From positions 9,629 to 73,628 of the forward strand of contig JBBINH010000011.1 in assembly GCA_037443945.1 (NCBI GenBank): 64,000 nucleotides of DNA, written 5' to 3'. The stretch comes from Caldilineales bacterium. GTDB lineage: Bacteria; Chloroflexota; Anaerolineae; J102. The notes under the pieces were generated by a model. That model worked only from the letters and a program-made list of their open reading frames with translations, made no database searches and was not told where the DNA came from. Positions within the stretch are counted from its first letter, which is position 1. Each line of letters opens with the position of its first letter. Both the position numbers and the translations under genes were made by a program. This document shows positions 1-10,191 of the stretch, in pieces.

Positions 1-30
1 GCCATTCGCACCCATCCTCGCCGGCGCCAA

Positions 31-612
31 TTGCGGCACACCTATCGCTATTGGGGTTTGCCCAGCGCCATCGTCATGACGGCCGGTGCCTTGCTGCCGG
101 CAGCGCCCTCCGATACCTGGTGGTTGATCGGGGTTGTGCTGACGGGCACGGTCCTGGCCGCGGCCATGTTAGGCGAATACCATGTCGCCGACCGTGAGGA
201 CCCGGCTTTCCATGGCGCCCGGCTCCTCCTCAACGCTTTGTGTTACGGACTGGCAGCGACGACCTTTATCCTCATCTACAGCTCGCGCAGTCGTTCCCTT
301 ATCTCGGCCACCCTGATCGGATTCATCAGTGGCCTGCTGACCCTCGACCTGCTCCGGGAGATCACCACCCGCCATCTGCCGGCTTTGATGTTTGGCCTGG
401 TCGTGGCCATAACCATGGCCCAACTGACGTGGGTGCTGAACTACGGTCCGTATACCGCCATACGTGTGGGCCTGGTCCTGTTGGTTGCTTTCTATCTGCT
501 GGTCGGACTGGCCCAGCAGCAGTTGGCCGGTCATCTCACGCGACGTCGCGCGTTGGAGTACATCGCTCTGGCCCTCATAGCCATTGTCATCCTGAATGCG
601 GTTTCCGGATGA
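31..612 (+). CDS. Multi-pass membrane protein (DUF5656-like); true start probably upstream of the window
   Basis: About 6 hydrophobic segments; the frame is open back to the window edge; TTG start is only nominal. Confidence 0.6.
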   Translation: MRHTYRYWGLPSAIVMTAGALLPAAPSDTWWLIGVVLTGTVLAAAMLGEYHVADREDPAFHGARLLLNALCYGLAATTFILIYSSRSRSLISATLIGFISGLLTLDLLREITTRHLPALMFGLVVAITMAQLTWVLNYGPYTAIRVGLVLLVAFYLLVGLAQQQLAGHLTRRRALEYIALALIAIVILNAVSG

Positions 613-754
613 AGAGACCGGCATGGTCATGGGGGGCCTTATCGACCACGCCGGAGACAAGACGTCAGGGACCCGCCCTGGTGGGCGTTACAAAAGTTTC
701 TTAAATTTTTTGCGCAAGCCGTGACTTCGTCCCTCGGATGGCGTCCTGAGGGAT

Positions 755-949
755 GGTCAGGGTGATGCCAGGTCGGACGAGCAGGGGGAACTCCTTCGAC
801 CATGGATCACCCTGGCGCCGTAGCATCTCACCGACGGAAGAGGACGACGGTAACGGCCTGGATGAAGGGGGACATCCAACCGTACCCGTCCTCTTTCCGT
901 GGATACGATGGCCAGGGGTGAACGAGCCCGGTTCATCCCTGGCGTTTTT
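755..949 (+). ncRNA. Candidate small structured RNA (two long hairpins with AGGGGGA loops, then a terminator)
   Basis: Hairpins at 756-816 (loop CAGGGGGAA) and 834-900 (loop AAGGGGGA), followed by the terminator at 911-949, in a gap between convergent genes. Confidence 0.4.
911..949 (+). terminator. Rho-independent terminator
   Basis: 13-bp stem GCCAGGGGTGAAC/GTTCATCCCTGGC, 7-nt loop, then GTTTTT. Confidence 0.7.
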
Positions 950-1415
950 GTGCTGTCAGGGCGGCCCGGAGCTCGCGCAGATGCCGTTGTTCGTGGATGA
1001 CGATGACGCGAAAGGTGCCGGCTACGGTGGTGGCAAAGCCGCCGGGGTGAAGGCCGCCTTTGTCCCAGTCGGTCTCGGAGACGGTGTCGAGCAGGGCCAG
1101 GGTGGCCGCGCGGTTAGCCCGGTATTCGGCGATCAATTCGGCCAAAGAGCGGCCTTGACGGGCAGCCACCTCGGCCTGATTGTAGGCATCAAGATCAAAA
1201 CCGGGCAACTCGGTTGGCTCGCCGGCCAGTAGACGATGAATGACGAGGTTATGCCCTAATTCGGCTGCGGCCAGATGGGCCAAGACCTCGCGCGCAGTCC
1301 ATTGCGGGGTGATCGGGAGGGCTGCCGCCGCGTCATCCCATCCTGCCACCACGGCCAACACGCCGGCGTGGCTTTCTTCCAGGCGGCGCCGCAGCTCGTT
1401 GCGGATCGAGCTCAT
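933..1415 (-). CDS. DinB/MDMPI-superfamily protein
   Basis: Start MSSIRNEL at 1415 overlaps the upstream stop; WTAREVLAHL and HEQRH His motifs. Confidence 0.8.
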   Translation of the reverse strand: MSSIRNELRRRLEESHAGVLAVVAGWDDAAAALPITPQWTAREVLAHLAAAELGHNLVIHRLLAGEPTELPGFDLDAYNQAEVAARQGRSLAELIAEYRANRAATLALLDTVSETDWDKGGLHPGGFATTVAGTFRVIVIHEQRHLRELRAALTAQKRQG

Positions 1416-1924
1416 AGGGTCTCTCCTAGGGCCTCGCGCCAGTCGGCCCGACGCACGATGGGCAATCCCAAGGCCGCCCGGATCTCGTTGCCGTGGTCGA
1501 GTTCGTGATTGGCGATGGTGGCAAACAACCCGGCTACGGTGGTGGGTATCCCGGCCGGATGCAGACCGGACACATCGAGGGCGGCTTCGTCGAGGCGGTC
1601 GAGCAAGGCCCACGTCTCCTCGCGACCGGCGGCCAGCTCGGCCAGCAGATCGGCCACGGTGGCATCCTGGCGTTTGGCTACCTGCCGCCGATTCCAACGA
1701 TCGAGGTCAAAATCGGCCGTGAGTTCACCACCGGCGAGAAAACGCTCCACATTCCGCAACAGGCCCCGTTCGGCAGCCGCCAGATGCGCCAGGATGTCGC
1801 GCACCCGCCATTCCGGGTTGGCCGTGGCGGACAGGGCCGTCTCCTCATCGAGAACGGCCACGGCTTCCAAAAGGAGCCGGCGCGCTTCGTGCAAACGTTG
1901 GCGGATGATGGTTTTGCGATCCAT
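1412..1924 (-). CDS. DinB/MDMPI-superfamily protein
   Basis: WRVRDILAHL and HELDH motifs; paralog of the adjacent gene. Confidence 0.85.
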   Translation of the reverse strand: MDRKTIIRQRLHEARRLLLEAVAVLDEETALSATANPEWRVRDILAHLAAAERGLLRNVERFLAGGELTADFDLDRWNRRQVAKRQDATVADLLAELAAGREETWALLDRLDEAALDVSGLHPAGIPTTVAGLFATIANHELDHGNEIRAALGLPIVRRADWREALGETL

Positions 1925-1936
1925 AGGTCTCCGGAT

Positions 1937-2692
1937 TCAAGGCATGATTTCGTAACCACCGTCGACGACGATGGTTTGACCGACGATGCCGGCGGCGGCA
2001 TCGGTGCAGAGGAAACCGACCACGCGGGCCACCTGTTCGGGAGTCACCAGGGCGCCGGTGGGCGTGCGTTGACGGGCAATGGCGACCAACGCTTCCCAGT
2101 TGGGAAAATGGCGCAGAGCCTCGGTCAGGACAACTCCCGGCGAGACGGCATTGCAACGGATGCCATAAGGGGCCAACTCGACGGCAAAATAGCGGATAAG
2201 GGTCTCGATGGCGGCTTTGCTCACGCCGATGATGCCGTAGTTGGGCAAAGCACGACGGGAGCCCATCGAGGTAATGCCGATGATGCGACCCCAGCCACGT
2301 GCTTTCATGAGGGGTGCGACCGCCTTCACACCGTAAAACAACGAGCGGGCGTTGATGTCCATGGTCCAATCCCATTCACGGGCATCCTGGTCGAGGAGAG
2401 GACGCGGTACACCCGAGGCGGCATTGGCGATGAAAATGTCCACGGCACCGAATGCGGCTGTGGCTTCGGCCATCAGGTGTTCGACCTGCTCCCGACGACC
2501 AACATGGGCCTTGACCACGAGGGCTTTGCGGCCCACGGCCGTAATGGCGGCTGCCGTTTCGTCGGCGGACTCGCGGCGACGAAAGTAATTGACGATGATG
2601 TCGGCACCCAGGCGGGCCAATTCCAACGCAATGGCCCGGCCGATTCCCCGGCCCGAACCGGTGATGACGGCCGTTTTACCCAGAAGAGGCAA
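1937..2692 (-). CDS. SDR oxidoreductase, FabL-like enoyl-ACP reductase
   Basis: TGSGRGIG, NAASG and Y-x6-K (YGIIGVSK) typical of FabL; probable TTG start at 2692, 6 nt after TATAAT (ORF track extends to 2719). Confidence 0.8.
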   Translation of the reverse strand: MPLLGKTAVITGSGRGIGRAIALELARLGADIIVNYFRRRESADETAAAITAVGRKALVVKAHVGRREQVEHLMAEATAAFGAVDIFIANAASGVPRPLLDQDAREWDWTMDINARSLFYGVKAVAPLMKARGWGRIIGITSMGSRRALPNYGIIGVSKAAIETLIRYFAVELAPYGIRCNAVSPGVVLTEALRHFPNWEALVAIARQRTPTGALVTPEQVARVVGFLCTDAAAGIVGQTIVVDGGYEIMP

Positions 2693-2732
2693 ATTTGTAT
2701 TATAATCCACAAAATTCACGTATTATATAATT

Positions 2733-3011
2733 TTACCTTGGTAAAGCCACAAACCATGCGAATCCCCAAAGCATACACCAGGAAAGGACCCGGCACCTTG
2801 CGGGCGGCCGACCGCCTCGCCGGCGGGTATCCTTGATGCGCCGGACCCAGGCCCGCACATCGACCTCTCGCCATTCGGCTATCCGCCGAACGAGGTCCGG
2901 CAGCTCCAGCAGCTCGTCGGTGAGCACCAGGCGTCGTAGCTCGGCCCGCCACTGAGGGTTCTCCCAGAGCAGCCGAACGAAATCATGAAAATCGGCCACC
3001 GTAAAAGCCAT
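2733..3011 (-). pseudogene. Probable truncated remnant of a coiled-coil protein family (MAFTVxDFHD...WRAELRRLVLTDELL N-terminus)
   Basis: The first ~46 aa match a recalled N-terminus common in Chloroflexota/Thermus; the sequence then loses protein-like character. Confidence 0.5.
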
Positions 3012-3299
3012 GTGCTTCGATCTCCGGAGTTTGGCTATGAGGGAGTATAGCCCCTGGGCCTGCCTTCCGGCAAATGGGAGACGGTTCTATCTTTTGTTGG
3101 GTGAGAACGTTTGAACGTTATGCCTACCTGCCGCTCTTGCGCCAACACACTCCGGAACCGAGTCGCAAATGGCCGCCGAGGACTCGATCCCCTCGACGGA
3201 GGCTTTGGCACTCCCTGCCCCCAGGTTGTATTCCGGCGTATTGGGCGATCGTCCCTTTACCGACGTTGCGGCCGCTTAAGAACCCGATTCGGTTGTTCT

Positions 3300-4223
3300 T
3301 CACGCGCCCACAAGGGCTCGCAAGAAGAAGAACAGATTGGCAGGACGCTCGGCCAGACGGCGCATGAAGTACGGATACCAGGAATGGCCATAGGGGACGT
3401 AGATGCGCAGCCGATGGCCGTCGGCCACCAGGCGCCGTTGCTCATCGCGACGGATGCCGTAAAGAAACTGGATTTCCCAGGAGTCGGGGGCGATACCGCG
3501 CGCCGCCGCCCAGGTGGCTACGGGATTGTACACGGCATCATCATGGGAGCCGATGGCCAGACGACCGCGAGTCGGGCCGGCTTCGAGCACCATCTGGCAT
3601 AGGGCAATCATTTCCTGCTGAATCACCCTACGATTGTGCCAGGCAATGCTGGCCGGTTCATCATAAGCCCCTTTGACCACCCGCAGGTCGGCAATACCCT
3701 CATCGATCAGGGTCTGGACATCGCTACGGGTACGGAACAGATAGGCCTGGACCACGGTGCCGACGTTGGCAAACTCGGTCCGCAACTGCCGATAAAGCCG
3801 CAGCGTCGTCTCGACCAGGCTGGATTCTTCCATGTCAATGCGGACGAAGCGTTTGCAGGCCTGCGCCTTGGCCACGATCTGGCGGACATTGTCAAAACAG
3901 AACCCTTCGTCGATGTGCAGTCCCATCGCCGAAAGCTTGAGCGAAACGCCGCTGCGCAGACCATGAGCGGCAATCTCGTCCAGCAGCGTCAGGTACTCCC
4001 GAGCATTGGCCAGGGCCGCCTCGCGCTCGGTGACATGTTCGCCCAGGAAATCGACGGTAGCCAACATGCCGGCCTGGTTGAGCTGGCGGATGACGGCTAA
4101 AGCCTCGGCACGGGTTTCACCGGCGACAAAACGTCGTGCCATCCGTGCCGCTACCGGGAAGCCCATGACCATCCGTCGCATGCGTTCGCTATGGGAAAGG
4201 ACGATAAGCGTTCGGCGCAACAT
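3300..4223 (-). CDS. Monofunctional proline dehydrogenase
   Basis: RFVAGET, SLKLS, RIDME, RVVKGAY, QFLYGIR and YFMRRLAERPAN motifs. Confidence 0.95.
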   Translation of the reverse strand: MLRRTLIVLSHSERMRRMVMGFPVAARMARRFVAGETRAEALAVIRQLNQAGMLATVDFLGEHVTEREAALANAREYLTLLDEIAAHGLRSGVSLKLSAMGLHIDEGFCFDNVRQIVAKAQACKRFVRIDMEESSLVETTLRLYRQLRTEFANVGTVVQAYLFRTRSDVQTLIDEGIADLRVVKGAYDEPASIAWHNRRVIQQEMIALCQMVLEAGPTRGRLAIGSHDDAVYNPVATWAAARGIAPDSWEIQFLYGIRRDEQRRLVADGHRLRIYVPYGHSWYPYFMRRLAERPANLFFFLRALVGA

Positions 4224-4382
4224 AGGGACTTCTCCCCAAAGGAATGAACCGCTTCCGTTGCCAAAAAGCCGGGCAGGCCGGACGCGAACCAGGCCGCTTC
4301 GAGTATATCAGAAGAGCGGAGGCGAAGGCGAAACGGTAGCGAACGGCGAGGAGGCCCTTCGCTGCGACCGCTATGAGACAGA

Positions 4383-5885
4383 TCAGGGGGATTCGGGTCG
4401 CGGGGTGGGCACTCTGGGGAGGGTCCGACGTTGGTGCTGCCGTTGTTCGCGCAGGCTCTGGAGCCAAACCCCACCGCTGCCCAGGAAGAAGAACAACGGC
4501 AGCAAGGCTAAGTCCCACCGGGCGGTTGCCGCAAGCGAGAGCAAACACGCTGTGGCATAAAGGAAAGCCAGACCCTCCGGCAGAAGATCGCTGCGGGTCG
4601 TGGTTTCGCGCAGCAAGGCCCACGGACCGGCTTCGCCTTGCTTGGGCGTGCGTTCGAATGTCCCCCCGTTCTGACGCAATCCGGTGAGCACAGCCCCGGC
4701 CAAGCTCGCCGCAAGCCCTGCGGAGAGGACGATCAGGATAGGCAAAGCCCATAAGCGCCGTAGACCGGCAAGACCCTCCAGACGGATCTGCGCGAGACCG
4801 CAAAGGACAATAGGCCCCAAAGGAGCCAACAACGAAAGCCAGGCCGGTATGGGCAACAGCCGTGGTTGCGGTGGCAACCAGGCCAGCGGTAACGTCAGCA
4901 ACAGTAACAGCAACAAAAGCAGGTAGGTTATGCAGCCGCCGAGGTGGAAGGTAGCATAGAGACGTCGCCACCACGGATGCTTACTTCGCCATAAAGACCG
5001 GGCCAGCTTGCGCAAGGTCTGGGTCGATCCCTGCGCCCAGCGCCGTTGCTGACGCTTATAGGCGGCCAAAAGCGCCGGGAGTTCGGAGGGCGTTTCTGCC
5101 CCTTGCAGATAAGCCCCGCGCCATCCCCGGAGTTGCGCCCGGTACGAAAGATCCAGGTCTTCGGTGACGGTATCCGCCTGCCAACCTCCGGCATCGAGGA
5201 TGGCCGTGCGACGCCATAACCCGCCGCTGCCGTTGAAATTCTGCCACAGGCCCACCGCCGAGCGCGCTTGTTGTTCGATGACAAAGTGTCCGTCAAGGGC
5301 CAAAGCCTGCGCCGCCGTCAGCCAGTTTTGCCCGTGATTCAAGTGCGCCCAACGGGTCTGGACAAAGGCCAATTGCGGATGGGCCAGCAAGACCGGCACG
5401 GTGCGCCGTAACCAATCGGGTTGAGGGATGAAATCGGCATCGAAGACGGCAATAAACTCGCTGGTGGTGAGGGCCAATCCGGCCGCCAAAGCCCCGGCTT
5501 TGTAGCCGTCGCGATGGGCGCGATGGTGGTAGGTGATATCCAAACCCTGTTCCTGCCGCACACGCGCGACCAGCATCGGCAACAACATGGCCGTCTCGTC
5601 GGTGGAATCATCCAGAACCTGGATATGAAGGCGATCGCGAGGGTAATCGAGGGCAGCTACGGCCATCAGCAAACGCCGGGCTACAAAAGGTTCGTTGAAA
5701 ATCGGTAACTGCACGGTAACATGAGGCCATTCTGACGGTGTCGTTATCGTTGCTTCCGACCAGTCATGGCGTCGCACAGAGTACAAAAAGAGTATCACTG
5801 TTATCAGCAGAAAATAGGCATAAATCACCAAAATAAATCCCAAAAATTGATAAATAAAAGCCAAGATAACAGGTATAGTGAACAT
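4383..5885 (-). CDS. GT2 processive glycosyltransferase (cellulose-synthase-like)
   Basis: DDS, KAGAL, DADF, TEDLDL and QQRRW motifs with flanking TM helices. Confidence 0.9.
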   Translation of the reverse strand: MFTIPVILAFIYQFLGFILVIYAYFLLITVILFLYSVRRHDWSEATITTPSEWPHVTVQLPIFNEPFVARRLLMAVAALDYPRDRLHIQVLDDSTDETAMLLPMLVARVRQEQGLDITYHHRAHRDGYKAGALAAGLALTTSEFIAVFDADFIPQPDWLRRTVPVLLAHPQLAFVQTRWAHLNHGQNWLTAAQALALDGHFVIEQQARSAVGLWQNFNGSGGLWRRTAILDAGGWQADTVTEDLDLSYRAQLRGWRGAYLQGAETPSELPALLAAYKRQQRRWAQGSTQTLRKLARSLWRSKHPWWRRLYATFHLGGCITYLLLLLLLLLTLPLAWLPPQPRLLPIPAWLSLLAPLGPIVLCGLAQIRLEGLAGLRRLWALPILIVLSAGLAASLAGAVLTGLRQNGGTFERTPKQGEAGPWALLRETTTRSDLLPEGLAFLYATACLLSLAATARWDLALLPLFFFLGSGGVWLQSLREQRQHQRRTLPRVPTPRPESP

Positions 5886-6071
5886 ATCGAATTTTCTACC
5901 TTATTGACGTTTTCGATGCAAAAGCGCGGTAGAGTCTCTGCTTGCGAGAGGTTCTTACAACAAGAAAGCGGAGCAGTAAAGTCCGGAAAGCGGCATAGGA
6001 GCTCAAAAGACACAGAAAACCAGGAGAGCGGTTACGCGCTGCTCTCCTGGCTCGATCGAAAGAGAACGGCC

Positions 6072-7313
6072 TTAGAGGCGTTGGGCCAGCGCCATCAATA
6101 GCTCGACGATAAGCATGGCATAAGCCTCGGCAGCCTCATAGACATCGGCCAGGCGGATAGCCTCGTCGGCCGTGTGGGCCACGCGCGGGTCACCGGGACC
6201 AAAACCGATGGTGGGGATGGCCGCTTCGCCCATGGTGAAAGCGCCGTCGGTGGAGAAGGGCCAGGTTATGACAGCGGGTCGCCGTCCGAGTGCGCGCTCC
6301 AATGCGTTCAGACTGACCTGCAGCAGGGGATGATTTTCGGGCAACAACCAGGCCGGATAGAGGTCAAGACCCTCGGTCTGATAGCCGGTGTAGCTGGTGC
6401 TCGTATAACGATTGATACCGACCGTCCCGCGGATGCCCTCGCGTCGGATGACGCTCTCGATCTCGGCCAGCGCCCGGGTGGCGGTTTCACCCAGGGTCAG
6501 ACGACGGTCGATGACCAGCTCGCAACGTTCGGGAATGGCATTACGGCTACTTGCGGCTACATTCAGACCGGTGACGGCCAGAGTGGCCTTGCCTAATACG
6601 GGGTCGCTCATCAGGTTGGCGCCCAACATTTCCAGGCCGAAAATCAGTCGGGCCGCGGCCGAGAGGGCATTTTCACCTCGTTCCGGCGCCGAGGCATGGG
6701 CGGCACGGCCCTGAATGTTCACCCGTAACTCCATACGGCCCCGATGACCGCGGGCAATTTGCAGATTGGTAGGCTCGCCCAGGATGACCCAATCCGGCCG
6801 CAGGCCTTCTTCGTTGACCAGAACCCGCATGGCCATGCCTTCGGTCGGTTCTTCCTGGACAACCGCTGCCACCACGACCTCGCCCGGCAGTTCGATGCGG
6901 TGGTGTGCCAGCAGACCCACACCGTAAATCATGGCCGCCAGGGCGCCTTTCATATCGGCGCTGCCCCGGCCATACAGCCAGCCCTCGACGATCTCGGCGC
7001 CATAGGGATCATGGGTCCAGGCCTCGGGATCGCCGATCCCGACCGTGTCCATATGGGCGTTGAGCAAGAGGATAGGGCCGCCACTACGGCCATAACGGCC
7101 GATGACATTCCCGATGCGATCGGTATGCACGCCCACCAGTCCGCACGCGAGCATTTCGGCCGTCACCAGCCGGGCCACGGCGGCTTCCTGACCGGAAGGG
7201 CTGGGGGTCTGCACAAGCCGGCGTAAAAAGGCGCTACAGGCTGCGCGCTGGACTTCGGCAAGGGCAAAGCGACTGCCGGTGCCGTTACGAAAGGAAAGAA
7301 GCGAGAGAGCCAT
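6072..7313 (-). CDS. M20/ArgE/DapE-family metallohydrolase (YgeY-like)
   Basis: HMDTV, GRGSADMKG, QEE, GEPT and C-terminal AHT metal ligands. Confidence 0.85.
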   Translation of the reverse strand: MALSLLSFRNGTGSRFALAEVQRAACSAFLRRLVQTPSPSGQEAAVARLVTAEMLACGLVGVHTDRIGNVIGRYGRSGGPILLLNAHMDTVGIGDPEAWTHDPYGAEIVEGWLYGRGSADMKGALAAMIYGVGLLAHHRIELPGEVVVAAVVQEEPTEGMAMRVLVNEEGLRPDWVILGEPTNLQIARGHRGRMELRVNIQGRAAHASAPERGENALSAAARLIFGLEMLGANLMSDPVLGKATLAVTGLNVAASSRNAIPERCELVIDRRLTLGETATRALAEIESVIRREGIRGTVGINRYTSTSYTGYQTEGLDLYPAWLLPENHPLLQVSLNALERALGRRPAVITWPFSTDGAFTMGEAAIPTIGFGPGDPRVAHTADEAIRLADVYEAAEAYAMLIVELLMALAQRL

Positions 7314-7454
7314 GGTTGTCAGACCGTTTTGGGGGATACGAGAAAGCCGTTCGGTCGGCTTGTTTCCGAGCCCATGGGCCGATCAAGCCCACGGACGTTT
7401 CAGGCCGTCCCGGCAGGGCCAAAGGCCCGCCTATCCGACCTTTGGGCAGGCGTT

Positions 7455-8888
7455 TCAGTAGGCACCGTGACCGAGCAGCACTTTGGGGATGGTGCGCAGG
7501 AGAATGCTCAGGTCCAGAAACGGCGACCAGTTCTCAACGTAATAGATGTCGAGTAAGACCATTTCCTCGAAACTGAGGTCCGAACGACCCGAGACCTGCC
7601 AGAGACCGGTGATGCCGGGCGTTACTTCCAGACGTTTGCGATGCCAGGGTTCGTAGGCCTCGACCTCTGCGGGTAAGGCCGGCCGCGGGCCTACCAGGCT
7701 CATCTCCCCGCGCAGGACGTTGAACAACTGCGGCAGTTCATCCAGACTGAATCGACGCAGAAACCGGCCCACGCGGGTGGTACGGGGGTCATTGCGGATC
7801 TTGAACAGAGGGCCATCGGCCTCATTCAGCGCGGCCAGTTGCTGGCGTAGAGACTCGGCCTCGGCCACCATCGAGCGAAATTTGTAGGTATTGAAAGGCA
7901 CGCCGTTTTTACCGATCCGTTTTTGCACGAAGAAGACGGGTCCCGGCGAATCGAGACGAATGAGCAGGGCTATGACAGCGAACAAGGGCAGGAGCAAGAC
8001 CAACGCCACCGTCGACACGACCAGATCAACCGTGCGCTTGAAGACCAGACGCGTGCCGGCGATGGAGACGTATTTGACACCGAGCAGAGGAATGCCGTCC
8101 AGCACCTCGACATCGACCCGATCCAGGCTCATCTGCAGGACATCGGGCACCACCCGGGCAGGGACGCCGTGGCGTTCGCACTGGCTGAGCATGCTGATGA
8201 TGCGACGGTGGTATTGCCAGGGCAGGGTGATGATGACCTCATCAACCTTGCCGGCCTGTAACAAGGAAGGCAGATTATCAAGCGAGCCCAGGCCTACAAA
8301 AGGCCCCAAATTGCGCTGTCCGCGTTCGGGGTCATCGTCGAGAAAACCGATGACCTGATAGCCCCAATGGCGATTGGCCAGCATGATACGCATAATGTGC
8401 CGACTGCTCTCGCCGGCCCCGATCAGCAAGACGCGCTTGATGCCGATACCGCGACGGCGCAACCAGCCGAGTATCCCGCGATTGAGCACACGGAAGCCGG
8501 CCGTCAGCAGCAAAATGAGCGTGCCGGCAATGCCATACACCAGCCGCGAATGAAAAGCGGGCTGGAACATGTAGTTGCCCACCATCAGGACGAGCGTAAC
8601 GCTGGCCGTACCGTTGAAAAGGCGATAGAGCTCGGTGAGATATCCGATCCCACGCGGAAGGTTGTAAAGCCCTTCCAGGGAAAAAGCTATAATCACTAAT
8701 CCCGCTGCTAACACCGCCACGCGAGCATAGAAATCAAAATCGGTGTAGAAAGCGGGATCGACCTGACGATACCACTGCAGTTGATAACGGATAAACCAGG
8801 CCAGATAAAAGGCCAACACCACCAAAGCGGCGTCGCCTGCTATCAGCAAAGCCTTGTGTAGACGCAAGAGCCGTTCCGCCAGCCTCAT
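7455..8888 (-). CDS. Undecaprenyl-phosphate sugar phosphotransferase (WcaJ/CpsE type)
   Basis: KRTVD, KFRSM, SLDELPQLFNVL and GEMSLVGPRP; ATG at 8888 overlaps the upstream stop. Confidence 0.92.
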   Translation of the reverse strand: MRLAERLLRLHKALLIAGDAALVVLAFYLAWFIRYQLQWYRQVDPAFYTDFDFYARVAVLAAGLVIIAFSLEGLYNLPRGIGYLTELYRLFNGTASVTLVLMVGNYMFQPAFHSRLVYGIAGTLILLLTAGFRVLNRGILGWLRRRGIGIKRVLLIGAGESSRHIMRIMLANRHWGYQVIGFLDDDPERGQRNLGPFVGLGSLDNLPSLLQAGKVDEVIITLPWQYHRRIISMLSQCERHGVPARVVPDVLQMSLDRVDVEVLDGIPLLGVKYVSIAGTRLVFKRTVDLVVSTVALVLLLPLFAVIALLIRLDSPGPVFFVQKRIGKNGVPFNTYKFRSMVAEAESLRQQLAALNEADGPLFKIRNDPRTTRVGRFLRRFSLDELPQLFNVLRGEMSLVGPRPALPAEVEAYEPWHRKRLEVTPGITGLWQVSGRSDLSFEEMVLLDIYYVENWSPFLDLSILLRTIPKVLLGHGAY

Positions 8889-10033
8889 GATGCCAAGATG
8901 CGTGCGTAGATAGCCGCCGTGGCGGCCGCAGTCTGGGTCCAATGAAAGCGTTGGGCCTGCTCCAAACCGGCTTTAACCATGGCCTCTCGGCGTACAGCAT
9001 CGCTGGTAAGCACATCCAGAGCCTGGGCCAACCCTTCGACGTCATCAGGCGCCACCAACCAGGCAGCCGTCCCGGCTACCTCGGGCAAACTGCCGGCATC
9101 GGTGGTGATAACAGGCGTGCCACAAGCCATCGCTTCGATCACAGGTAAACCAAAACCTTCGTAGCGCGAGGGATAAACGAATACCGTTGCCGCGTTGTAA
9201 AGCCAGGGCAGCGTTGCCGCCGGCACAAAACCGAGAAAGACCACATGAGCCGTCAGATCCAGCCGGGCCACGCGGGCAAAAATGCCTTCGTAATCCCAGC
9301 CGCGTCCGCCGGCAATGAGTAAGGGCAACGGTTGCGCACTTCGACGTCGATAGAGGGCATAGGCATCGATCAAGACGCCGTAATTTTTGCGTGGTTCCAG
9401 CGTGCCTACGCTGAGAATAAACTGCTCCGGCCAGCCGGCCTGACGCCGCCACGCCGCCACCGCCACCGGGTCACGGACAAAAAAAGTGGAATCCACGCCG
9501 TTGTAAACAACCTCGATGCGTTGGAGGGGAACGCCGAGCAACCGGGTGAGCTCGCCGGCCGTGGCTCGGGATACGGCGATTACCCGATCCGCCCGCCGAC
9601 AGCTGGCGGCCGTTATGCGCGACAAATAGAACCGGTTGGCAGGAGCAAAAGCGTGGGGGAACCGCAAAAAGCTGAGATCGTGAACGGTAACCACGGACGG
9701 CCCGGACCAGGCCAACGGCAACGCATAGGCCAGGCCGTGCAACAAAGCCACCCGATCGTGCCGGGCCTGCCGGGGGAGTACAAACTGCTCCCAGAGGATG
9801 CGATAGGCGGGTTTTTGCGTCAGCACCGGCGCCCGGACCAGGGCCAAGCCTGTCGGCGCCTGATAAGCCGGGTCGCCGACATAGGCCAGATAGCGCTGCG
9901 GCTTCGAGATCGGGACAGTGGGTAATGCCCGCAGCAAATGGGCGCTGTAGGTATGGATGCCGGCGCCACGATAACTTGCCGCCGTTGAAAGCAAGGTGGC
10001 CACCAGGCCAACACACGGGGCTATCGATTCCAT
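8885..10033 (-). CDS. GT4 glycosyltransferase
   Basis: VGTLEPRKN and YEGFGLPVIEAMACG; start uncertain (10033-10057). Confidence 0.9.
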   Translation of the reverse strand: MESIAPCVGLVATLLSTAASYRGAGIHTYSAHLLRALPTVPISKPQRYLAYVGDPAYQAPTGLALVRAPVLTQKPAYRILWEQFVLPRQARHDRVALLHGLAYALPLAWSGPSVVTVHDLSFLRFPHAFAPANRFYLSRITAASCRRADRVIAVSRATAGELTRLLGVPLQRIEVVYNGVDSTFFVRDPVAVAAWRRQAGWPEQFILSVGTLEPRKNYGVLIDAYALYRRRSAQPLPLLIAGGRGWDYEGIFARVARLDLTAHVVFLGFVPAATLPWLYNAATVFVYPSRYEGFGLPVIEAMACGTPVITTDAGSLPEVAGTAAWLVAPDDVEGLAQALDVLTSDAVRREAMVKAGLEQAQRFHWTQTAAATAAIYARILAS

Positions 10034-10191
10034 GTCGCCGGGGTGCACGCCGCCCATTATATGCCAAAGCCGATATCAGGGTTAATCGGCAACAAACCCA
10101 GAAGCCATGTGCAAAACGCCATAGCCGCCTTGCGATCAGGCCCTTGGGCCTTCACCGGGCCCTCGGTCGTCCTCGCCGCAAGAAGGCTCCC

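Noticed and set aside
8885-10033. GT4 as MshA partner of the MshC-like ligase
   Set aside because: It lacks the MshA-type N-terminal signature and is coupled to a polysaccharide priming transferase
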